A stretch of DNA of 64,000 bases from Caecitellus pseudoparvulus (Eukaryota > Protista > Bigyra: Bicosoecida). The stretch is taken from positions 682,001 through 746,000 of the forward strand of contig CBFFRQ010000067.1 of NCBI GenBank assembly GCA_965644315.1, written 5' to 3'. Both the position numbers and the translations under genes were made by a program. Shown here piece by piece: positions 42,954 through 54,800 of this stretch. The notes under the pieces were generated by a model, which saw only the letters and a program-made list of their open reading frames with translations, did no database searches and was not told the DNA's origin. How positions within the stretch are numbered: position 1 is the stretch's first letter; every line of letters begins with the position of its first letter.

Positions 42954-44573
42954 CCTGGACCGGCTGTCGGCGGCAATCAAGTAGCGTTTTTGAGGGTCGC
43001 TGCCTCAGCGGCTGCTTTGCGCCGAGCTTGCGTTGCAGAAAAGGCCTACCCGCCCCCCGAAAAGCGGACACGCGCACGTTTCAAATATGTGGCACACGCG
43101 CCACACTGTTGTTCAGGGGCCGAGTCCTGTGGCGCACAGACGGCAGTGGTGCAGTGAGGTGCTGTCGCAGCGACAGAATTGTGAGTCGGCAGTTGGGTTT
43201 TCCTGGAGCTGCCCAGGTTGTAAGCGGGGCCTTTGCTGTGCATAGACACAGTGCTGCCTTCACAGCGAATGGGCGCCCTTTTGTGTGTCAGTTTGGGGGC
43301 GCCGTTCTTTTCTTCCCCGGGCAGGACTGGAGCACGTTCAGGTTCGCCAGTGTCTTCGCACCGCCGCTTCGGAAGGCATGGGAGCTCTGTAGTGAAGGGG
43401 AGCAGGGAGTGTCCCCATGCATGCTTTGTCCCAGGCTCCCCCTTGCGCTCACTGACACGCGGCCATGTGCGCAGCAGGCTGCGGAGACGGCGCACGAAGC
43501 AGCAGGTTGTAGGCTCGAAGAATAAGGCTGACAGTTCAGCCCCGACGCCCTGTCATGTTGGACAAGGCCCGAAGATTGATGCATGGTATGGTTGTGTGCA
43601 GAGGCTTGCCATGCTCCTGGGCGTGGGGCATGGTTGAATCTGCGTTTCGTTGTGCGCAGTGACCTGTCACGGACTTGCTTCGCTGTGGCATGTCACCTAC
43701 GAGCTCGCCACCTTGCACGGAGCTCCCCCCCCTGTCCGTCGCTTGTCCACATTGCACGACCTTCGGTGGCTAGCGTGTGTCCAGGGTCTTGCCAGGGCGC
43801 CTTGGGCGATGTACGGCGGATGGGCGGCGCGCCGGGGTGCGGCTGGCTTCGCCAAGCCGCGCCAGGGCTCCACTGGCACTGTTTTGGTTGCCAACTCGCG
43901 GTACAGGATGCCCTCAGCAGCGCAACGTGCTCGATTCGACTCAAAGGCAATCGTGACCTGCGCTGCAGCCGCGGAGAGGGCCCGGTGGCCAACGTTGCCG
44001 CTCAGAAGCCAGCACCTTTCACTTGCGCGGCCGGTGCCGAAGCCCGGAACTGACGTAGCCCACAGAAATCGGCCGCGAGCGCCTTTCTCGCACGCGTTCG
44101 CTAAGCACATGCGGGAAGGCGAGAAAAAGACACGGCCTGCCCAGATCTGGATCGCAATGGTGGTGCAGGGTGCCTTCTCCAGCGGCAAACCTCACCAAAC
44201 AGGTGCGGAGCATTGAGCCCCATTCCCGCACCTTCGCACCTGCAACACCCGTTCCCCACCGCAGCGCGCGAGCCTAGCGGTACCACAACTCACGCTAGAG
44301 CACACAAGGCTAAAGCCTACAAAGTCCTTCACGTCCACTGTCTGCTTGACGGAGGTGCGGTCCCTGCAGGCGTGTTCGGTGCACTTTTCGCGCCGTGTAG
44401 CACCTTGCCACCACTCCCGCCGCTCCCTCCCGCTCTACATGCAGCCCCCCCAAACAATGCAGCCCTGACATTCGCCCCAGGTTGCAGGCCAGTCCACCTC
44501 ACCTGCCAAACCCAAACTACAACCACACTCCCCCCCTCGCACACCTTTTCGCTGTCTGTTACCCCACAAACAG

Positions 44574-46185
44574 CGTGTGCCGACTGCACCAGCTGGCGCG
44601 CATCAAAATCCGCAGGCTGTTGCAGGCAGCTGAGCGGGAGGCTGCCGCCGTCGCTGTCTTCTTCGGTACACTCACGCTCCAGCTCCGCGGCATGGAGAGC
44701 GCAGAGGGTTCAGGGCCATCGCGCGCCCCCCACGAACTCGTCGCATTGTTGCTGCAGCAGGCCCGTGACATGGCACGGCAGCAGCAGTCGGTTATCGCTG
44801 CTGCCAATGCGTACACTGCCCAAGTTGGTGCACTGCAGCAACAAACTCAGCAGCAGCTGGAACTGTGGAGAGTGAGTGCAGCGAGGCCCCTGCAGGCCCC
44901 ACACCTGCACAGAAATGCTTCACACCCCTATGCACAGCTCATCGCGCTGCAGAGAGCTTCTGGCGCGGGGCTGGTGACAGAAGCCACGCTGCATTCGCTC
45001 CGCGCGTCTGCACATGGCGATGGTGGTGAGATGGGGCCGGCGGCAGGCCCACCCGTGCAGGACGCTGCCGCCTTCTCCTCCTCGGGCAGCTTTGTGACAC
45101 AACAGACCAGCCACACCTCGGCCCCCATGGCCTTCGTCCCGCCCCCCCACATGCCTCCGCACCAGTACCACCACGTGCAAGGCGGTCAAGCGGCGAATAT
45201 GGCGCACTTTCCATCCGGCCCCGGCTCTCACACCGCCATCGGGCAGGCAGGCGCCGCACATGGAGACCCGCATGTGCGCAGTGGCACGCCAGGAGTGTAC
45301 ACCCAGCCAGCGTGGGGGCACGTGGCGCCGTCTTTCAGGGGCTGGACCCGGCCACGATCTCCTGCGGCAGTGGAGGGCGGACCTTGGGAAGCACAGCAGC
45401 CAAGTGCCAAGCGCCCGCGGGGGGGAGACAGCACTGCACCAGTGACACCACCTGCATCCTCGGCAATGCTCCCGCCTGCCGCTTCTGTCCCGGGGCAGTC
45501 TGCCTCTCCTGTGCAAGGGCAGGTCTCCCACGGCATGTCGAAGAACCCCATTGACCGGCCCAAGTCTGGCAAGCACAAAGGCATCCCCTGCGCCAAGTGG
45601 ACCCACATTGCGGCACAAACCCTGGAATCCGTGCAGGCAGGGCGGGGAGGCGGCGTCTCTGATGGAGCTGGCAAGCGTGCCCCCTGTGACGTGTGTGGGC
45701 GGGCGGTGCTGGTGGATTCCGCATACACCCTGGCTCGGCACTACGCCACCCTCGTGTGCCGCAAGCACAGGGCCAGTGCCATGGGCATGACTTTGGGCGA
45801 GTTGGGCCCTGGCTGGACCTACGAGCAGGGGAATTGGGAGTCGCTGTACGGCGTGCCAGCTGAAGGCACCTTCGCCATGGCAGGGCTGCCTTCCTCGCCC
45901 CCCTCTGACCAGGAGCAGGCTCAGCGCACGCGCAGCAGCGGCCTTTCGGTGCCCACTACCCCTGCTTGGATGTCTTCTAGCCACAATGACCCGGCGAGCC
46001 AGGCGTGGCCGAGCGACAGGCCCCATCACGACGCACTGGCTGACGGAGCAGGGCTGCCACCTGCAGCGCGTGCTTTCCCCTTGACTTCGGCAGCTCAACC
46101 GGTAAGCGCCTCGTCAGCACCCGGCACGGAGATGGAGCACAGTGTGAACAGCATGCCACTTCATCTAGAAACTTCTGCGGTATGA
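44574..46185 (+). CDS. Low-complexity protein with coiled coil, NLS-like motif and putative C2HC/C2H2 zinc finger; 5' end unresolved
   Basis: The ORF-track start is not an ATG; probable acceptor at 44573; possible in-frame 66-nt intron 44872-44937. Contains 'PSAKRPR' and 'CDVCGRAVLVDSAYTLARHYATLVCRKH'. Confidence 0.6.
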
Positions 46186-48559
46186 GTGGCCACGAGGGGG
46201 CGAGGCGTGAGCAGGGGCCTCAGTTCAGCAGCGGTCCTTGCAGCCTCCGCCGCACGCCAACGGGCCCGCCCTGCCTGAGCCGTGCAGTCCTTCTCGATAT
46301 AGAGTCTGAGAGCCCCACATACTTCACCTTTCTGTCCAATGCACATACCCTCGTCAAGCCGGGCAACTCAACCACTCTCACCGGCGGCTGCTGCGGCTCG
46401 AACATCTGCTGCTTTGCACAAGGCTGCAACTGGGGCTCGCCCTGCTCATAGCACGCCGAAGATCAAGCAAGTCATACACGCGCAAGGCAATGATTACATG
46501 TGCGCGGCGCCGAGTTGCATTTCCGCCAGCGCCATGTCAAGGCTGTGACGTTGGCGTGCAGGTGCGCCACAAGCTCCACGCCACATGCCACGGGCCCAAC
46601 TTCCGCAGGCGCTCGCCACCCGCCACCTTGGTCGGCAACAATCAAGCAGGCAGCCACCCTACAAGGATGAGGAATCTAGGCTGCATTGCGCTCTTCAGGC
46701 AGTGCTTCCCAGCGCCGCAGTGGGCTGTACCAGGTGAACGCATTTCACTTCGCACGTACTGCACGGTTGCAGGACGCGCAGGCAGCACTCAGGGCACCCT
46801 ACAGGATCCCATTACAGCTGGAGGGCTATAGCCTGCTTTTGGAGCGACTGGTGCTGGCGGAATCTTATAGAAATCAGTGCTGATGCCGGAAACTGCTTGG
46901 CAGCTCAGGTTGGCTGTGCTGACGTCAGGAGCTGCAGGGAATACTGATTCGCGAAAAGCCCACCAACCACATGTGCTTCAGCTGGCTCCACCTGGCCCTT
47001 GCTGGGCCAACCACTTGAGCCACTGGTACATGGCCAAGGCGCTGGCCCTGCAAGCCCCGAAGCGGCTGCAGCAGGGGTGTCGGGGGTGTCTGTCACATCA
47101 GGTACTTGCACGGCTCGCAATGCTTCAGATGAAATCATACAATAGGCTCGATAAAAACAGTCACATAAGCTCAGAACTTCCGTCCCCAGCTGCTCCGGGG
47201 CATGTCTGGTGCTGTTCTGGCGTGCTGAAAGTGGCGGGGGGTATGTGGCTTGGCGTGGTGCCTCAGCAACACTACACTGCCTGCTTGCGCCCTCCCCATT
47301 TGGTGAATCGGCTCAAGGCTGAAAAATTGAAATGACACGCATCAAAGGTTACATATGGTTTGCCGCATCATGCGAATCGCCTCTCTGTTTGCGATACATG
47401 GAGTGATGAGCGTGCAGCCCGACATGGTGCTGGTGCACCACGCACCGAGCTAGCTTCTGCACCTTCAAACTTGGCTGGGCGAGGGTGTGTGCGTGCCCCT
47501 GTACGTCTGGAAAGTATGCGACTCGACTGAAGCGAGACAAGTCTGGTGTTTTGTGCTGATGCTTGCTCTGCGCCGTGTTTGCCAGGCATGGGCTCCCTGC
47601 CTCAACAGCCGCTCACTCTGGCTTGCAACCACAAGCCCCAGACAAGCGTGCTCCTGTGCCGGATGCGCATTCCTTTTCCGAAACAGTGCGGTAGAGGTTG
47701 GTATGAAAGGGCACCCAGGGGCATGTCAACAGACTCGTGGGGCGGCTGCGTGGCTCCACTGGCTTGCAAGTGCACTGCAGCTGGCGCACCACCACCGCAC
47801 ACTCTGTGTCGCCCTGGATGAAGGCTGTATGAGCGATTAGCTCAAAAAGCAAGCAAGCTGAGTATCATACTGTAGGGACAGTTTGCAGATTGGTTCGCGG
47901 GACGTCAGTCGCCCTTGTGCTGCCTCGAGTATCAGCTGAAGAAGCTTGGCCTGCTGCCCAGCACAGCTGGCCAACACTTCCGCAAAGAAAGCGCCAGCTG
48001 TCCTTGAGCCAGCGTGCGAGGCGGAAGTTCAAGGCCAAGGCACATGAAGTCACTTCACGGCGCGCCCCCTCGCGGTTTGATGCGCCAGAGAGGCAGGGCC
48101 GAGTGCCCAGACCGCAGCAGTATTGCTGCAACGTTCAGCTGTACAATCCACGAGTACAGAGTGATCTGGAGGGTGACAGGCTTCAAAAACATGGAAGACT
48201 GTTATTGAATTCTCGCGAGGGGCATCACGTCCCCGATTTCAGTGGCTCTGGAGTGGGCGTGGTGCCCAGCTTCGGCAGCGGCCACAGCTGAAATCGCTGC
48301 ACCACCATCCGCAGAACCCGATCCCGCACCCTGAGCCAGCGCTGCGCCAAGCACAGACACCACGCCTGGATTTCAGCTTGTGAAACCAACTCACGTGCGA
48401 AAATGGAATGGCACCGAAGTCTAGGGTCACTGTGCGGTGTGTCCGTGTGTCGTTTTCTATTTCTCCGCAACTGGAAGGGGTATTGCTCTTGCCCGCGCAC
48501 TGGGCTCTGGGCAAACGCGAGCAACACGGTGCATTGCTGTTTTTCCCAAGCCTCACATG

Positions 48560-49789
48560 TTAGCCCACGGTAGGCGCCTCGTCCTGCCCACACACCACGC
48601 GCATCTGGCCCAGGGAAGGCAAGTACCACCACGCCCGGTCGCCCTGCAGCCCGTGCAAGTCTCCGCCGCCACTGAGGCTGATCTGGGACCCGGCAGTCTC
48701 TGCGCCAGGCACTGCTGGAGTCTCTGTCAGGAAGGCGCCCCCCACTGGGTGCAGGCCGGGCGTGGGCATCTCCACCGCCGCCTCTTCCCAACCCCCAGGC
48801 CCGAACCAGCCAAAGAGAGCCTTGGCCCCGGCCAGCCACGCCCGGCCCTCATCCGAGTTTGGCACCACCAGCAGGATGGCGGGGGCGTCCTCTGGACACG
48901 GCACGTCCGTGGCAGGCTGCGCGATGTACCCATCTGTGGCACTGACGTGGTAGGCTGAGGGCGTGGCCCACACGGGTGGGTCGCCCTCCAAGCGCCACAG
49001 GGCTGGTATGCGCGTGTCCAGCCTGTCCCCTGCTCCCGCCAGGTCCCAAGCAGGGGGTGTGAGGGCCACGCCCCACGGCAGGGCGGCCGCCTCCCCCTCA
49101 GACTCCACCACGCCGGCCAGGCTGTCCAGGGCGTACGTGAGCACCTGGCGCACCTGCCAGGCAGCGTCGCTGTATCCAGACAGCCCCACACGCACCGCCA
49201 GCACTGGGCCCACCAGGCCGCCTGACGTCACCGCCTCCGCAAGTGGTTGCGGCTTCAACAGCCCCACGGACGCTGGCAAGGGTGCCACGGCACTGCCAGG
49301 GGACTTGTCCAGGGCAGGGTTGGCCTGTCCACTACTCGGTGTGCTCGGACTTGGAGCGGGAGCGGTGCTCTTGCCTGTGCCGCCGCTGGCGCCTTCTTCA
49401 GGGATGGGAATGGCAGCGCCAGTGTCGGCGTTGGCGTCGCGCCAGGAGCTGTACTGCCACCAAGCCGTGAAGAGACCCACGGGCACGCCGAAATACACCC
49501 AGTAGGATCGTAGAGTGAAGTGGAAGGGCGGGCTTCCCTGTGTGGAGGGCGGCAACGAGGAGCGAAGTGTGCCTGGCCAGCTGCGGAATTAGCACCGACA
49601 CGCCGCACACACGGGAGGCGGCCCTGGCGGGGACACACGCGCGCCCCTCAAAGACTGCACGGACAGCGGCTTGCCAGAGCTCGTCTGCCAGCCCTCCTGC
49701 ACGCCGCCACTGCGCCGTGACGCTGCTGACGTGTGCAGCATTCGCCGGCTGGAAGCCCGAGCGGCGAGAGCGGATGCCCGGCCTAGCAT
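48560..49789 (-). CDS. Putative mitochondrial single-pass membrane protein; exons 49789-49613 and 49537-48560
   Basis: Presequence-like MLGRASALAARASSRRMLHTSAASRR; in-phase 75-nt intron with a gctaat branch site; TM 'YWVYFGVPVGLFTAWW'. Confidence 0.6.
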
Positions 49790-49914
49790 GGTGCCCTTTG
49801 CGACGCTGGTGACGCTGGCTGTGCCACGAGGACAAGCAAAACCAACGCACAAGGCTTGCTTCGCCACGCCTGTAGGTTTTGGTACCACGCCGGATGTGAA
49901 TTGTGCTGAACACG

Positions 49915-51569
49915 TCACTGCCCCGTGGGCCAAATGATCGCCCCATCCTCCTCATCCTCCTCCACAGCCGCCAAAGCCACCGCGGGCTCTGGGGCCTTGT
50001 CCACGGGGGGGGGTGGGGGAATGGCGCTTGCCGCGGCTTTCGTCGCGCGGCCGCCCCGGCCCCTCCTGCGTTTCCCATGTGCAGCGCGAATGGCGCCCAG
50101 GTCAATGTCCGCCTCGTCGTCAAACTCCAAACCCTCACTGCCACTGCCACTGCCATCATCAGCCTCGCCTGGTTCAGCAGCGTCTGCGGCACGGCCGCGC
50201 TTCTTGCCGCCTGCGCGTTTCGGCCGGGCTGCGGCGCTGACGAAACTCTTGCCCTCCACTGCCTGAAACGCAGCAGCGGAGGCGTCCGCCGCTGACACGC
50301 CAGTCTTCACAAACCCCGTCAACCCCCCCTTCTGCCTCGCAGCAGCCTTGCCAGATGACCCCCCCCCTTCACCCCCCTTTCTGCCCCGACGCCCTGACTC
50401 GGCAACCGTACTGGCCCCTGCCACGGGGGCAGTGGGGCTGACACTCCCACTGTCAACGTTCCCAGATGCCCCGCTGCCCGGTGCAGGTGGGGGCACGGGC
50501 GATCCCGCTTCACCCGTACCCTCCCGCTGTGCCCGATTCTCACCGGCAGTGGTGGCCGCTGCGGCGAAGGCTGCCTCGCGGGAGAGAGCGCCAGTGGACG
50601 CCATGAAACGGCCCATGGCCCCCTCCGTGCGGGCCAGTGGTGCCACGGCGCTCTTCTCAGCGCCATGCCGCTCATGCGTTGTGGACGCACCAGCCGAGTC
50701 TCCCCAACTCCGCTCAGCCGGGAAGTCGCCAACCCCCAGAACTGTGCTGAAGGGCAGGACGGAGCGAGCGGTAGAGGCGACGTCAGCCTCGGTCACTGTG
50801 CGTTTCGCCCCGCGCCGCTGCGCTGTGCGAGCTGCCGAAGCGGCCAGAGCTGTCAGAAACGCCTCCACGCTCTTCCCCAGCGCCAGGACAGCCTCTCGAG
50901 ACACTGCGTGGATGTCGGGGTCACCGGCCACCACACGGCGCAAGCGAGCAAATGGGAACATTTGAGAGTCCAGCGCCACCTCGCCTTGCTTCCCCCCCTT
51001 GGCCTTGCTGGTCTGTGCAATCGGCACGCCTCGTGCCAGCAGCTGCGAATGCCACGCGAGGGTTGTGAAATGGGGAGCAGCGGAGCAGCTTGCGGTAAGA
51101 GGCCACACTCACATCAGCCTTCAAGCGACCCACACGCGCCTTGTCAGCAGCCGCTGCCTCCTCGTACTTCTGCAGGGCAGGGGTGAGAGGGGCACGCGGG
51201 TGCGGAATTTGAACCAGCGACACCAAGCTTCGCGGGCCTGGTCCTCCTTCGGGCCACACCGAACGCACTTTGCGGTCCTCATCGGAGAGATTCCTCCACT
51301 TCTCGCCAGTGAGCTTCGCCAGGGTCCCCACGCTCTCCCCTGTGACGCACAGGCGCAAGTGCAGTGCTCTAGCTGCCCGCCGTTCAAATGCCGCACACCA
51401 CGCAGCTCGGCAGCTATGCCGTACCTGGGTGCTCAGCCTTGAGCTCCTCCCGCACCTCCGCAGCGAAGATAAAGTACGCTGACTGTGCCTTGGGCAGCTT
51501 CACAGGCTCCAAAGGCGCCTCAGCACCCGTCGGACTGCCTTCCTCTGCCTTGGATTCGAGCTGGCTCAT
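49915..51569 (-). CDS. HMG-box plus histone-fold (NF-YC/POLE4/CHRAC-like) fusion protein; exons 51569-51425, 51339-51269, 51169-51113, 51042-49915
   Basis: Spliced HMG box 'LPKAQSAYFIFAAEVREELKAEHPG|ESVGTLAKLTGEKWRNLSDEDRK|KYEEAAAADKAR' followed by 'FPFARLRRVVAGDPDIHAVSREAVLALGKSVEAFL..KRTVTEADV'; all three introns are GT-AG and in phase. Confidence 0.85.
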
Positions 51570-51849
51570 GGGTACTTGCAGTCAGCCTAGCTCGAGGTCT
51601 CAGGCCACTGCAGAGGGCCAAGCAGCATGGATCTGTGTGCAGTAGTGTACCGAGCATGCCAGGGTGTGGGATTTGTGCCGGGCGGGCTCGCGCAAGGTAC
51701 CCAGGCCTGTGAGAGCCTGGGTGCAATCTGCAAGCTTCAGCAAGCATGCATTCACACGGTGGCCCACAGAGAGATCTCGACACAAAGGAGAGTGGCAGGA
51801 AAGAAAGACAAAGCAACACTTATATCGCCCCCCTCCACGGCCCTGCGAC

Positions 51850-54800
51850 CTACACCCCGCCACTGCGACCACGCGAACGAGTGGGCGCGAACTGCGGGTC
51901 GGGCCGAGTTGCTTTGGGCACTGCCAGGGTCGCCTGCAGAGCAGCGGCCAGTCGCGTGGACATGCCGGGAGCCGACACAGAGGCCCCCCGCAGGGCTGTA
52001 GGGGAGGTGATCATGGCTGCAGCCGATAGGGAGGGTGCGCGACCCTGGCGACCGCCGGCGCTCGCTTCTGCGACGACGCGAGCATCGTCGGCTGCCCGAG
52101 GGCGGTTGCACCTCGCACACGCCGACGCCGAGTCGCCGTCAATGCCCATCAAATCCTCACTTGCAGCGATGAGCTGGGCGCCGTCCAGTGCCAGGGCTTG
52201 CCCGGCACTGGGCATGGCCATGTGTGCAAGCTGCACCCACTGCTGCCGGCCGCTGCAGATGCTGTTCGATCGCTGCGACCTGGCGGGGGGCGCCGCACAC
52301 AGCCCCACACGCACACACAGCGCCCTCAACACATCGCCCGCACCTGGCAAGGCCGAGGCGCCCACAGATCCAGCAGGTGGACGTGGGAGCGCGGGCAGGG
52401 CGGAGCGGAACCAGTCTGCCAGGGCGGCGGACCCTGCTCGTGCATACTGTGACGCGCCTCGCGCGGCGGCAAGAACAAGGGACAGCGCCGTCAGGCCGTG
52501 TACACACAGCATGAACACCGCCACTGCCGAGGACCCGGGAGCTGCCAGGGCCAGTACAATGTGCAGCAGGACTGCCAGGCCCACTTGCATGTCCTTGGTG
52601 TTCAGCTCTTTCAACGAGTACGGGCGCAGGGCATATGTGGCTGCAAGCATGACCAGCAGGCTACCTCCAATTACCAATGCACGCAGCAACGTGCTGGTGG
52701 TCAGCCACAGTGCGCAGAGGATGACGGCACTCTGCAAACTTCGCAGGAGAGCGAAGCCGTGACTCGGCACCCACCGAGCCACCCCACAGCAGCGGCTTTC
52801 CAGCCGTCGACTCATGCGTACGGACAGCGTGACGGCGATGCTGCTGCCATCCGCGTCCATCGATTTTTTTGCGTCCTTCATGGCCTGACGTGCCACTGCC
52901 GCAGCTTGGTTGGGGTTCAGCTGCAGGCGGTACCCTGCTGTGAGGACGGACAGCGTGGCACTGGCGTGGTGCTGTGTGTCCAGCAACTGCCCGGTCTGCG
53001 AACGCAACACGGCGAGGAAGGCGAGCGGGAAGACAAGGGCGTTCAAGATGAGGAACAGGGCCATGCCGGCGACGAGGGCGTCGTTGCCCACTCGCACAGC
53101 CAGGGAGGAAGGGAAGGCGTACTCCTGCCCTTGCACCACCCAGCCAGGAGCCAGCACTTGCAAGGCACTGCCGACGGCCGTGCCCCACAACACCAAGTAC
53201 AAAGACAGCACGAAGCGACAGAGAGTCCAGATCCAGATGGAGGTGGGACTGACCGCCCGTTCTTCTCGGGCCTTGGTTCTGGCCAGCACGGAGCGCGAGG
53301 AGGTACCGTCGTGCTCGTCGCCAGCACCGCCCTCAGACGTCGCGAAGAGGGGGTTCGCCGCTGCTGTGGTGGCAAAAATGCTGCCCCGCTTCGCCACGGT
53401 GCTGTTGCGGGTGGAGGAGGAAGCCGTGCGCTTCGCTACGCGGTGCAGTTGGTGGCTGGACAGCGTTGTGGACGAGCGAGCTGCCCTGCTCGCGGATCGT
53501 GCAGTCACGCGTTGCCACAAGCCGCGGCGGTGCGAAATGCACACAATGAGCCCCCACACGATGAGCAGCAGAAGGGAGGCAATGACGACTGTGCTCCACG
53601 CCATGGACAGGAATGCCCTGTCGCCCCCGCTGCAAGAGGTGGAAGTGATCGCGCCGAGCGGCAAGCCCCCCACGAGACCTGCCGCCGCGCCGAATGCGGC
53701 GTTGATCAGATCGCCAGCTGGCGTGTCTGACTCACCGGCCGCAGAATCGTACGCAGCAGCATCACTCCACCAGCCTGTCGTCCCGTTGGCGGGGCGGTGA
53801 GCCAGCACCATGTCCCTGTGGGACGCTGCTGACCTGCCACACGCCTCCTGCCACTGCTGCATACTGACAGCGCGCTGTCGCAAGCCGAGACTGGGCTCAG
53901 AAAAGGGCGCCAAGGCAATGGCCACGTACCCCATGAGTGCAAAGTAGCTGGCGAGGATGCGCACCGCCCCGATGAACAGGTCTTGTTCCAGCTTGCCCCG
54001 CTCCACAACACCTTGGTAGGAAAAGTACCCAAGCGCCACCACCAGCGCACAGGCAGCCAGACCCAGCAGCCAGTTCCACACTTGACCCGTGTCCTCGCAA
54101 GGCCTGCACGGCGCACAGGGCGAGCCGTCCTGGGCAGTGAAGCCCACCTTGCACGCGGCACACGCCCCACCCTCATGCCCCGCTGCGCACCGCAGGCGCG
54201 TGCCGCTCAGGCCGCCCACCTCACACGAGCCGAAACGCGGACACACTGCAACGCTGGAACCCGCCTCTGCTAGTGCCTCGGCGGTCTCACAGTCTCGGCA
54301 CCATGTGCCAGGCAGAGGGTGGTGAGGGCCACCGCCACTGCCCCCTGTCGCATTGCCGCCTGGAGGTCGCGGCCCGTCGCACGTGCCCCACCACGGCTCT
54401 TGGCACGGAGACGGGCTTGGCGACGGGGACACGGCAGGACCTCGTGCCGTTGAAGTAGAGGGAGACGGCGAGAGAGATGGCTGGGGCGTAGTCGTCTGAC
54501 TTGGGAACGCGGGGGGCGGTGTTGAGAAGGGTGTCTCGCTCGGCGAGACACCTGGACTGGGGCTTCTGCTCAAAGACACTGCCACAGTCGTCGAAGCGGT
54601 TGCGAGAGGCGATGCTGTCGCACTGGCGGCCGGGGTCTGCTGCTGTGGCGTCGTGGTCACGGTTGCACTGGTGGTTGGAGTTTCCGCGCTCGGGGATGAG
54701 GATGAGCTTGGGACGGCAGGTTGCCAGGGTGGCAGGGACAGCTGGGCCACCTGCCTGCACTGGCCTCGGAGCTGGGCTGGCTGAGGACTGAAGACTGCCT

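Noticed and set aside
12495-42984. Long opposite-strand ORFs (12495-13754, 15211-16335, 29827-31008, 31010-32848, 35351-36940, 39172-40068, 41722-42984)
   Set aside because: Each overlaps a better-supported gene and has the biased composition typical of shadow ORFs in high-GC DNA.
43000-44480. Short ORFs between the divergent genes at 42953 and ~44574
   Set aside because: No motifs or consistent splice structure; more likely promoter/UTR sequence or unresolved 5' exons.
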